DNA from: Treponematales bacterium
GTDB taxonomy: Bacteria; Spirochaetota; Spirochaetia; Treponematales; UBA12059
Direction of reading: 5' to 3'
Length of the DNA: 49,161 nt
Assembly: GCA_041741035.1 (NCBI GenBank)
Contig: JBGSKZ010000745.1
Span: 1-49,161 of the forward strand
Every line of letters begins with the position of its first letter. The stretch's first letter is position 1. Below the pieces are notes generated by a model. It ran no database searches and had not been told where the DNA came from. It saw only the letters and a list, made by a program, of their open reading frames with translations. The translations under genes were made by a program, and so were the position numbers. Positions 8,141 to 16,686 of this stretch are shown here, one piece after another.

Positions 8141-10129
8141 TTAATCCTCCCAGAAGTAGCCGGTTTTAACAGTTGTTAATTCCTGCTTATGATCAAATTC
8201 AAGCTTGGCTGCACCAGACAAGTGGGCTTTCAAGATTTTATAGTAATTGGTGTCTATTTCCGTATCCGTTGAAAGTACAATTACTTGTTGCCCGGCATTT
8301 GGAAAATAGTTATTGATGATATTATCTCGATGTGTGCTGTCCAGCCTTGATAAAGGTGTATCGACAATGATCGGTAATTTTAATTGACTGGTTTGCGCAA
8401 GCCCCCATAGAAGTGAAACTGCAAACACTTCCTTTTCGCCGGCTGAAAGACCGGATTTTTTTATTTCATGGCCAGAACGATCGATTACTTTAATTTCGTA
8501 GGTTCTTTCATCGATTGTAATATCCTTGATGAGACCTGCTTTGCTGGACAATAGCCGGTACATTTCAAATGTCTTTTCTTGAAGTAGATGAATTTTGTTT
8601 TTTCTCAATCTGACTACAAATTGAGCAAGAAGATTGGCAATTGCATCACATTCGGAAATAAAATCAGCCTTGTCTTTTGATAGATGGTGTTTCTCATAGA
8701 GTTTTTCAATCTCAAGTTCTATTTCTTTGATTTTGTGCTCTATTATCAAAAGATCGTCTTCAATAAGTCTAAGCTGTTCGGTTTTTCTGCCTATCTGAAT
8801 AGCACTGTTTTCTATAGTCTCTTGAAGCTCTGAAAAGAGTTCTTGTTCCGAATCACTCGCTCCTTTACTTCTCGAAGATGCTTCTAAATCTTTGAGTTGA
8901 AGAATGATTTCATTTTTTTCTTCAATTAGTGGAGTAATTAGAAACACATCACTTTTTTCATAAGATTCTATTTGGTTTAATACTTTGGCAGCATCTCTTT
9001 CGGAAAGACTCAGTACTTTCGCAATGTTTCTTGATTGCCCATCATTCAAAAGTTGTTCGATTCTTTTTTCCAGTTCAAACATCTTCTTAGGTGAAAGTTT
9101 TTCTTTATATATTGGTTCTGGTTCTTCCACTACACGAACAATTTTTTTCGCAAGTTCAGCCGCATTTTCCCGAATAGCATCGCTTAGTGCTGACGAGCGC
9201 TCAGTATCAATCTGATTACTAATGCGATCAAACAAAGTTCCTGCTAATGAAAATGGCAGAAAAGATTCACATAATACTTTTATTTCACTTTCGATCTGGT
9301 TTAGGCGATTGGACAATTGAATCCGTTTTTTTTCATTTTGCCTGATAGAGTCCTTCGATTCAGGTGTCTGATTAAAAACTGCCTGAAACCTGGCTTTCGC
9401 ATCGTCCTGTTGCTCAGTGAATGACTTAATTTCCGCTCTGACTTCTTCTTTTTCCTGATGTTTTTTATAAAGTTTGGTTTTTTCTCTCTTTAATTCACTT
9501 TCTTTAAACTCGAGGTCCGCGTCAGTAATATCTACAAAGCCCTTTCGCTCTTCCTGTTTGAGATATGTTACATCAGTGGCAAGTTGATTAATATACTGGA
9601 TGCCCAGAGCTGCTTCGAGAGATGACTTGAGCCTAACTTCCGAGTGGTCGTCAGAAGCAATTTCCTGAATCTTCTCGCCGTCAAAGAAGAAAAACTGCGT
9701 AATCCCCGGAGGCATTGCAGCGCGGATATATTCTTGCCAAATCTCCTTATTTTGAACAGTTACACGCCTACCGTCTTTAACCACGACAAGACGTTCGGAC
9801 AGGTCTTTAGGCTTGGGGTCATCAATAGTACCTGCAGTCCATGACCTTTTTATTATGAGTTCAGCCCCATCATCTTCTTCAAGAACTACTTCAAAGGAAA
9901 CGGCTGTATTATTTCGAGACTTTTCTTTTCTGTTGATACAACGGTAAATTTCTTCATTTTTTACGCCATAAAGACAAAAGTTTATAGCCTCCATAATGGA
10001 GGACTTACCGGCACCGTTCATGCCGCCGATAAGAAATATGCTTTTATCTTTCTCACTCGCAGGGAATTGTATTTCGGTAGGAAACTGAAATGATTTGTAA
10101 TTTTCTATGACAAGTTTTCGCAGAATCAT
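8141..10129 (-). CDS. DndD-like SMC/ABC-type ATPase
   Basis: Walker A GGMNGAGKSS and a ~400-aa coiled-coil middle. C-terminus LSAGEKEVFAVSLLWGLAQ...LPIIVDTPLSRLDSTHRDNIINNYFPNAGQQVIVLSTDTEI closely follows the DndD C-terminal pattern. Confidence 0.75.
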   Translation of the reverse strand: MILRKLVIENYKSFQFPTEIQFPASEKDKSIFLIGGMNGAGKSSIMEAINFCLYGVKNEEIYRCINRKEKSRNNTAVSFEVVLEEDDGAELIIKRSWTAGTIDDPKPKDLSERLVVVKDGRRVTVQNKEIWQEYIRAAMPPGITQFFFFDGEKIQEIASDDHSEVRLKSSLEAALGIQYINQLATDVTYLKQEERKGFVDITDADLEFKESELKREKTKLYKKHQEKEEVRAEIKSFTEQQDDAKARFQAVFNQTPESKDSIRQNEKKRIQLSNRLNQIESEIKVLCESFLPFSLAGTLFDRISNQIDTERSSALSDAIRENAAELAKKIVRVVEEPEPIYKEKLSPKKMFELEKRIEQLLNDGQSRNIAKVLSLSERDAAKVLNQIESYEKSDVFLITPLIEEKNEIILQLKDLEASSRSKGASDSEQELFSELQETIENSAIQIGRKTEQLRLIEDDLLIIEHKIKEIELEIEKLYEKHHLSKDKADFISECDAIANLLAQFVVRLRKNKIHLLQEKTFEMYRLLSSKAGLIKDITIDERTYEIKVIDRSGHEIKKSGLSAGEKEVFAVSLLWGLAQTSQLKLPIIVDTPLSRLDSTHRDNIINNYFPNAGQQVIVLSTDTEIDTNYYKILKAHLSGAAKLEFDHKQELTTVKTGYFWED

Positions 10130-10317
10130 TTTGTGCTTCCTCCTGCGATCTCTCTTGATTTAAGTATCTCTCTAAGCGCATCGTAAATGCCGGAGCGTCG
10201 GTCCTTAAACTCATATTCGTGAACAGTATCAAGCAATTTCAATACTTTATCTAAATTAACTTCATGTTGTGCGCATAGTTCCTGCAATAACTGTTTATCT
10301 TCAATGGATAAATTCAT
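10126..10317 (-). CDS. 63-aa acidic helical protein, operon-internal
   Basis: Its stop overlaps the DndD-like start (ATGA). GGAGG lies 8 nt upstream of the ATG. I recognise no domain. Confidence 0.5.
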   Translation of the reverse strand: MNLSIEDKQLLQELCAQHEVNLDKVLKLLDTVHEYEFKDRRSGIYDALREILKSREIAGGSTK

Positions 10318-10358
10318 TGTTCAGCCTCCATTTTTAGTATAATGCATCTCCAGACGGT

Positions 10359-11747
10359 TCATTTCTGCACCGCCTGTTCAATGAGTTCTTCGACACGGCG
10401 TTTTGCTTGTTCGAGGAGTTGCTGGGATTCGTAAAGTGCCTTTTTTGACTCAGAAACAAGCCCCCCAAGTTCTTTCATTGTACTATCTGGCAAAACTGGT
10501 ATTTTTAGTTTCATTATAGAATTAGGTTTCCAGTGTACTATCAACGCGCCTGAACACTCTTGATCTATTTGCATTTTGCAAATACGTGAATTTATAACTA
10601 AACTCAAATATTCTTTGGGAATCTTGCTATCCTGTAATTGCAAACGAACAACTCCGCCGGAAACAATGCCTTCAATTTCAACTGTAACTGTATAACACAC
10701 ACCTGGTGTTCCATCTTTTGTTAGTAATAACTCTCCAACTTGTGGCTGATAACATTTTAGGGCTGAATATAATTGTGATGAAATGTATTTATCACTATTC
10801 CCTAGGCTGATGCCTTTATCTTTGATATTGCTTACACGAAGAAATGGAATTCCGTTTTCAACATATGAATGAGAGCCTACTTCAGTACCTTTAATAACTG
10901 TTGCCATTTTACCAAGTGGGGTGGTATTCAATTTTTTCAAATGCTCTTCAAGCATTCTGAATGGTATTTGATAATAATCCGCATCTGCCCGATTATTCCC
11001 CACCACCTCACTCAAGCGCGCCTCATACGACAGCGGCCTGTCAAACACAAGTTTATCCAGCCCTAGCTCGCGTTCGAGGAGTTCTTGGGCCTGGGTGTAG
11101 AGGGATTGGGAGAGATCGAGTCTCGAAAATGAATCACGAATGAGATTGCCAATCTTCTTTTGTTTTTCAATATCAATATAAGGGATGATTACTCTTTCAA
11201 CTTCACGGCAATTTAGATTTACCTGTTCTGTTCTCCGTGAATGTCGCCATAACTGATCCCGTCCATACTTCGTCTGAAAATATGCTGTCAAATAGTATGG
11301 ATCTAATAGATTACTTGTTTCAATTATTGCAACATTTTGATTTGTTACTCGTTCTGGGTCAATATCTCGTATAATCGCTGTTCTCCCAACAATTTCAGGA
11401 GTTGCTCCTATAATGGTAACTACAACTGAATCATTAGGTATAAAATCATTTTTTTTTAAAACTCTTTTTGGTAAGAAAAAACAGTTTGAGTAATCTATCC
11501 TGCCTTCTCGTAAAGTATTAGTTTTAATAAAGTGAACAAGTTCGTCGTCTTTTGTGATTCTGCGATCTCTAGGGGTATGACCAGTCCTAACAGGGGATGA
11601 AAGTAGCTTTCCTAGTTTTTTAATACTATATTTATCTGAAAAACACGCCCATAACTTATCGTCTTTAATATATTGAGGGCTATAAAACTCTCCATCAAGT
11701 CTAGTATATTGTAAACTTGACAAATTTACCTCACTCCAAACAGCCAT
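10359..11747 (-). CDS. hsdS: Type I-like restriction-modification specificity subunit (two TRDs)
   Basis: 462 aa. Two variable TRD halves are separated by a conserved helical spacer (LYTQAQELLERELGL) and end in a second helix (LYESQQLLEQAKRRVEELIEQ). The ATG shares 1 nt with the methylase stop (TAATG). Confidence 0.85.
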   Translation of the reverse strand: MAVWSEVNLSSLQYTRLDGEFYSPQYIKDDKLWACFSDKYSIKKLGKLLSSPVRTGHTPRDRRITKDDELVHFIKTNTLREGRIDYSNCFFLPKRVLKKNDFIPNDSVVVTIIGATPEIVGRTAIIRDIDPERVTNQNVAIIETSNLLDPYYLTAYFQTKYGRDQLWRHSRRTEQVNLNCREVERVIIPYIDIEKQKKIGNLIRDSFSRLDLSQSLYTQAQELLERELGLDKLVFDRPLSYEARLSEVVGNNRADADYYQIPFRMLEEHLKKLNTTPLGKMATVIKGTEVGSHSYVENGIPFLRVSNIKDKGISLGNSDKYISSQLYSALKCYQPQVGELLLTKDGTPGVCYTVTVEIEGIVSGGVVRLQLQDSKIPKEYLSLVINSRICKMQIDQECSGALIVHWKPNSIMKLKIPVLPDSTMKELGGLVSESKKALYESQQLLEQAKRRVEELIEQAVQK

Positions 11748-14470
11748 TATTCCGCCTCCCAGAAATCAAACTTGTTTTTCTGAGCAAAGCGAATAAAGGC
11801 TTCAGCAATACAAAGCTGGTCATCAGGTATTTTATTGGCCTCAGCTAGGTTTTCTGCACTTAAATTGTAGTTTACAAGGTCTTGATTGATTATAGGTTGG
11901 CCGTCTTCGAACTCCATCAGGTTCCCATTTCCATCAGTCATGTGCTCATAATCGCCGGAATTGTTTTTACCGCCCCGTTCACTCACTGCCATAAATATAG
12001 GGTAATCCAGTTTTTTCGCTACTTCTGCATCAATCCAGCGATTCTTGAGCGAGCCGATCAGGTCACCATCACCAAGAATGATTTGCAGTTTTCCTTTGTT
12101 GGTGAGAAGTTTCAGTTCGTATTCTGCTTCAGGGATAGCATTCTCTAGAGACTTAATCTCAGCCTTTATCTGCTTTTGTTGAGTCTTCTGTTTTTCCTTG
12201 AGAGCTTTTTCTTGTTCTTTATAATTCGCTTTGATTTCAGCCTTTGCGGCTCTATCAGCGATCTCAAGTTCGCGGTCCCGTTCCAACTGCAATGCTTCGA
12301 AGTCAGAATCAAGATCAGAAAGTTTCTGTTTTGCTTTTATCAGGCTCGACCTAAGCTCATTAATTTTATCATTCATAGTATCAATGTTCTCACCTGCATC
12401 CATTGATCCAGCACTGTCTGCAGCTTCGAGGCCTTCTTCAACGGATTCATTATCGTCATCCTGTGTTTCTTCATCAGAAGTAAAGATTTCAAGCATCAGC
12501 TCGGCAATCGCTTCGGGGATTTCTTCATCAGGTATGTCTTTGTCGTACAGTTTATTTGATAGCAAATCTCGAATTGTTTTTTCATAGTCAGGGCACTTTG
12601 AAGCAACTTTTTGTTTCACTTCTTCGATATTCGCTAATTGTTCATCTGTATATTTTTGAGTAAAAAGGACCGATGTTTTTGTTCCGGTGTGGGGTTTGAA
12701 AGTATTCCCATGCAAACCGACTACGGCTAAAAGTCTAGCTTTCCTGAGTATCCATTCTCGAATGAAAGCAAGCGAGGAGTTATTAAACTTACCCTGTGGC
12801 AATACTATCGCTGCACGACCGCCAGGTTTAAGAAATTTCAATATTCTTTCAATAAAAAGAACATCTCTCTCTTCTTTGGCCTGCTTGTCTTTAGCGCGTT
12901 TTAGTGCCGGCTTCGCAAGGTCGTAGTAAGCAAGCATCTTCTTATCTTTCATCTCGCCTGCAAAGGGTGGATTTGCGAGGATTACATCAAATTTTAGTTC
13001 GTCAAAATAACGCCATGCGAGGTCTTCATCACGGAGCAGATTCGGTTCGTCTGCTGTTGTTGGTTTATTTTTCAACAATTTAGCTTCTTTTAAACCCTGC
13101 ATCAGCTTTTGGCCGGATGAGGTGCTATACCAGGTCTTTGGATCTAGACTGCTGACATCGGGTCCGAAAATATTTGTGTGTCCATCTCCGGCAATTAGCA
13201 TTAATGCACGGGAAGTTTTCGCCGCACGAAGCTCAAAGTCAATACCCCAGAGATACTTTGCAGCATAGTTATGTTTACGCTTAAATCTGTCATCACTCGA
13301 TTTTGCTGGATAACACCAATCCATTGCATGAAGAAGAAATCCCCCAGAACCACACGCAGGGTCCATAACAAATTCATGCCTCTTAGGATTAAGCATACGA
13401 ACACACATTTCAACAACATGTCGGGGTGTAAAAAACTGTCCCTTTTTCTTTTTTGCCTCAGTAGGAAGCAAATATTCAAAAGCATCATCCATTATCCGTA
13501 GATTAGAACCCATTAGCCGGACGCCTTCGATGGGACCTACACAAACAGCAAGATGATCTTTTCTCAATTTAATATCTTCATTTTCATCAAAAATACCAGG
13601 CCATTCAGCAGATGCTTTCTTGAATAATTTATTAATTCGGTCATATGTAATTTCTGGATCAAGCGACTTCCTGAACTCTACAACTTGATCTCTTCGATTT
13701 TCCAATGCTTCCTTTTCATCCCAAATTTTGGCAAAGATGAGCTTGAATATTTCATTGAATTCGTCGACGCCGCTATCGGCAAGGACAAGTTCTTCCAAAT
13801 CTTGAACAATCTTTTTAAAATTAAAATTTGTTTTTAGGTGGCCGAGCGTCTTTTTAGCTTCGAGAACATCTTTAGGCTCTTTGCCGCGTTTGGGAATATC
13901 AAATAGCGTGTCATCAAAGTCTTTTGGGTACGGTCTATAGAGTATGATGCTGTCACTTCCATTGGACCAAACCCCTACTGGTGAACCTTCAGCATTTAAA
14001 TAGCTTTTTAATTGCTCAATCCCGTCCTTCCTTTTTGGTTTTTTTACCTCGATAATAATTTTAGGTGTCTGCTTGGTCGCATCGGAGTAGACAACAATAT
14101 CTGCAGCTTTTGTATTTACTTCTGTACCGAAGTGAATACTTTTTTCAAGTTCAAGTTCTCCTGGTTGATATTCATATACATTCAATAGCTTATAAATCCA
14201 TAATTGACGTACTATTTCCTCCGGATTAGATTTTCCATCTTCTGAATATACTTGTACCTCTTCCTTTCCACTAGAAAAAGGCACAAAGCTTTTCATGAAG
14301 TATTTTGTCTTTCCGGCTTCACGGCCTGATTCAATAATTTTAGGATAAATACTCACAATTTCATGAATAGGGCTGCCCAAAGTTTCAAATTCTGTTAATT
14401 CATATTGTGTTGATGGATCCTTAAATATTCTTTCGATAATTTCTTTAGTATTCATTGTTGCTTCTTTCAT
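11747..14470 (-). CDS. N6-adenine DNA methyltransferase fused to an N-terminal HSDR_N-like PD-(D/E)xK domain (type I M / type IIB A-subunit-like)
   Basis: N-terminus AADIVVYSD...PKIIIEVKKPKRKDGIEQLKSYL...VGVWSNG is restriction-endonuclease-like. MTase motif I is VMDPACGSGGFLLHA and motif IV is ILANPPFAG. An acidic plus coiled-coil insert spans about aa 660-800. Confidence 0.85.
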   Translation of the reverse strand: MKEATMNTKEIIERIFKDPSTQYELTEFETLGSPIHEIVSIYPKIIESGREAGKTKYFMKSFVPFSSGKEEVQVYSEDGKSNPEEIVRQLWIYKLLNVYEYQPGELELEKSIHFGTEVNTKAADIVVYSDATKQTPKIIIEVKKPKRKDGIEQLKSYLNAEGSPVGVWSNGSDSIILYRPYPKDFDDTLFDIPKRGKEPKDVLEAKKTLGHLKTNFNFKKIVQDLEELVLADSGVDEFNEIFKLIFAKIWDEKEALENRRDQVVEFRKSLDPEITYDRINKLFKKASAEWPGIFDENEDIKLRKDHLAVCVGPIEGVRLMGSNLRIMDDAFEYLLPTEAKKKKGQFFTPRHVVEMCVRMLNPKRHEFVMDPACGSGGFLLHAMDWCYPAKSSDDRFKRKHNYAAKYLWGIDFELRAAKTSRALMLIAGDGHTNIFGPDVSSLDPKTWYSTSSGQKLMQGLKEAKLLKNKPTTADEPNLLRDEDLAWRYFDELKFDVILANPPFAGEMKDKKMLAYYDLAKPALKRAKDKQAKEERDVLFIERILKFLKPGGRAAIVLPQGKFNNSSLAFIREWILRKARLLAVVGLHGNTFKPHTGTKTSVLFTQKYTDEQLANIEEVKQKVASKCPDYEKTIRDLLSNKLYDKDIPDEEIPEAIAELMLEIFTSDEETQDDDNESVEEGLEAADSAGSMDAGENIDTMNDKINELRSSLIKAKQKLSDLDSDFEALQLERDRELEIADRAAKAEIKANYKEQEKALKEKQKTQQKQIKAEIKSLENAIPEAEYELKLLTNKGKLQIILGDGDLIGSLKNRWIDAEVAKKLDYPIFMAVSERGGKNNSGDYEHMTDGNGNLMEFEDGQPIINQDLVNYNLSAENLAEANKIPDDQLCIAEAFIRFAQKNKFDFWEAE

Positions 14471-14683
14471 TAGTTGTGTCCTCTTCTCTTTAGCCCGCCA
14501 TAGACGGCCGGCGTTCTTAGGGGCACGTTCGATTATACCCTATTCTAATTTATCTTAGTTTAGCGCCGCGAAAGCGGCGTCCATCCAGCATACGCTTAAC
14601 CGGTAATCCCGTGCCCAATGGGCTTGGCGCGGTTGTTGCGAAGTAAAAACTGTGACAAAGGAATTACCCGGTTGAAGCGATTG

Positions 14684-15514
14684 TTAGGACAAATCTTCAT
14701 CATCATCTTCTTCTTGGCTTTCCATTTCAGATACAGTACCTTTACCACCTGAAAAATAGCCAGTTGATTCACCTGCTTTAAGTGCATTATTAATCCGTTT
14801 AATTGATTCCTCTAAAATAGTTAAAGCTACTTTTATATCTGACTCTTTTTTAATTACAAATCTACACCATCTTGGAGATAGTTTTTCGTTTGTTATCTGT
14901 GTGCCCTCTATTAAACTACTACCACAAAAGCATTTTATATTAATTTGTGTCTTTTTTACCCTAATCGAGGCAAACGCGCGTTGCGGAGAATACCAACCGA
15001 TGTATTTCTTGCCTATCTTCATCCAAACTTCAGGGTTATTTTTTTCAATCCCTTCAAATATAGCATCGAACCAACCTCGTAATTTATTAACTGAATCCTT
15101 ATTTTTAAAATATGAATCGAGCGATTCATCCGTAATAGATGTTTCATTCTCTATTGGCTTTTTTATTGAGTAATTTTCGAAACTACTAATCTCTGTTTTT
15201 AATTCAATTACTTCAATTGGACAGTCTTTCCAATTATGTTCCCAGCATATTATTAAATCACATTTATCAGGATCATGCCCATGTTGAATAAAATTCTTAC
15301 TTTGATATTCGAATTCTATAGAAACTCGTTCCCATCCTTTTCCAACGAACCGTCTTCCAATACAATCAGGGAAACCAGGTTTTATTTCTTCTATATACAT
15401 ATTTAAATCATCTGCTACCTTACCAAATAAAAATATGACACCATTCTCATTAATTGGTGAGTAGACTAATCCGCGGAAATTTATTAAATCTCCAACTATC
15501 GATTTATCAGCCAT
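14684..15514 (-). CDS. Hypothetical protein, N-terminal nuclease-like (PD-(D/E)xK-type) region, acidic C-tail
   Basis: 276 aa. FPDCIGRRF...ERVSIEFEYQSKNFIQHGHDPDKCDLIICWEHNW resembles restriction-endonuclease-fold cores. The C-terminal half (YIGWYSPQRAFASIRVKKTQINIKCF) resembles DUF5655-type domains. Low GC, separate transcription unit. Confidence 0.4.
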   Translation of the reverse strand: MADKSIVGDLINFRGLVYSPINENGVIFLFGKVADDLNMYIEEIKPGFPDCIGRRFVGKGWERVSIEFEYQSKNFIQHGHDPDKCDLIICWEHNWKDCPIEVIELKTEISSFENYSIKKPIENETSITDESLDSYFKNKDSVNKLRGWFDAIFEGIEKNNPEVWMKIGKKYIGWYSPQRAFASIRVKKTQINIKCFCGSSLIEGTQITNEKLSPRWCRFVIKKESDIKVALTILEESIKRINNALKAGESTGYFSGGKGTVSEMESQEEDDDEDLS

Positions 15515-15881
15515 GTTTTCTCCCTTTTGCGCAGCGTGAGCTGCGTCGTCCTAACATTAATTATGCTGTTCTTCATAATCAATTATGAGTGTAAGAAAAG
15601 TTACTAATCTGCTTTGCTCACCTTATTCTAGCAGTCCTTGTTTCTGATAGTAGTATATTTTATAGCGATATAGTGGAAAAGACACATTATACGTTGTTTT
15701 AAGAACTTGCGGTAAAAAACTAGTACGATCTAGTTTATTTTAGATATATAGTAAACAGATGAGTTAAAAGGTGACTAATACCTAGATTGTGATGGTTAGG
15801 AGTGTAATTAAGAAAATTGTTAAAAAGTGGGAAATATCAATATTCTGCAATTTGTTTTATCATTTTACCGGCTTTCGCCGG

Positions 15882-16274
15882 TTACCCGCCACCGGACGCG
15901 ACATTTTTACTTTTAGTTTTGAGAGCGAGACCTTCAGCCAGGGTCTCTACAGCGCTCAGACTATGCTCATCAAGTTGGAACAGATTGTCTATTACTTTTG
16001 AAATTCTTTTGGGCGGTCGCCATCCGGTGGGGTCCTTACCTGTGACGAGGTATTCAACCGATACATCAAGCAGCTCAGCTATCATAAATGCGTGAGATAC
16101 CGAAGGTTCTTGTTTTTTTGCCATCGCATTGTACAATGTTTTGGGGCTTATGTTCAAATGCTTGGCTAGCCATTTTAGGGTGGTGTTTTTATATATTAGG
16201 GCTTGGTTCACGCGGTCCCAAAAGTCCATGGCATAAGTATCACCCAAAAAATCTCTAATTGCACGAAAAATCAC
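15882..16274 (-). CDS. XRE-family HTH repressor-like protein (paralogue 1)
   Basis: HTH TTLKWLAKHLNISPKTLYNAMAKK and shared block VEYLVTGKDPTGWRPP. The likely true start is ATG 16229 (MDFWDRV). About 41% GC. Confidence 0.65.
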   Translation of the reverse strand: MIFRAIRDFLGDTYAMDFWDRVNQALIYKNTTLKWLAKHLNISPKTLYNAMAKKQEPSVSHAFMIAELLDVSVEYLVTGKDPTGWRPPKRISKVIDNLFQLDEHSLSAVETLAEGLALKTKSKNVASGGG

Positions 16275-16308
16275 ACTTTTTTAAAACAAAGTGTGGTTTC
16301 TAGAGTCT

Positions 16309-16686
16309 TTAGCCAGTACGAGCGGAGTCTTGCCTAACTTTGCTAGCCTCAGCAAGCCCGTGCGCGAGCACTGATACTGCGTTTAAATCGGGATCATCTA
16401 GGGCAAGGAGGTCATCAACGATTCGCGCTAATCTTATCGGAGGCTTCCAGGAGATTTGATTCTCTCCACTTACTAGGTATTCAACGGTTACACCAAGAGC
16501 TGCCGCAATAGCAACTGCCTCATCTACTCTCGGGAGCCGTCCAAGTCTGCGCCAACCAGATACCGTGGTCTCGGCTTTGTTTATTTTACCCGAAAGCCAT
16601 CGGTAGGTTGTTCGTTGAGAAACTATCTCTGTTTCAACCCTATCCCAGAATTTCATATACCTATTATCGTCAATAATACTACGCAA
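16309..16686 (-). CDS. XRE-family HTH repressor (CI-like, paralogue 2)
   Basis: HTH TTYRWLSGKINKAETTVSGWRR. It is divergent from the early rightward genes. The likely true start is ATG 16656 (MKFWDRV). Confidence 0.7.
   Translation of the reverse strand: MRSIIDDNRYMKFWDRVETEIVSQRTTYRWLSGKINKAETTVSGWRRLGRLPRVDEAVAIAAALGVTVEYLVSGENQISWKPPIRLARIVDDLLALDDPDLNAVSVLAHGLAEASKVRQDSARTG

Noticed and set aside
12176-12587. Plus-strand ORFs (76 and 118 aa) antisense to the methylase gene.
   Set aside because: They are Ser/Phe-rich mirror images of the Lys/Glu coiled-coil insert of the methylase and have no independent signals.
14594-15555. Integron gene cassette with an attC site (GTTAAGC and GCTT(C)AAC cores, bulged palindrome, GTTAGGAC/GTCCTAAC).
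   Set aside because: No IntI-type integrase or attI lies nearby, and there is only one such unit. The R'' core matches RYYYAAC only if a bulged C is ignored. The central 49 nt do not pair as in real attC sites. It is kept only as an unexplained structural observation.
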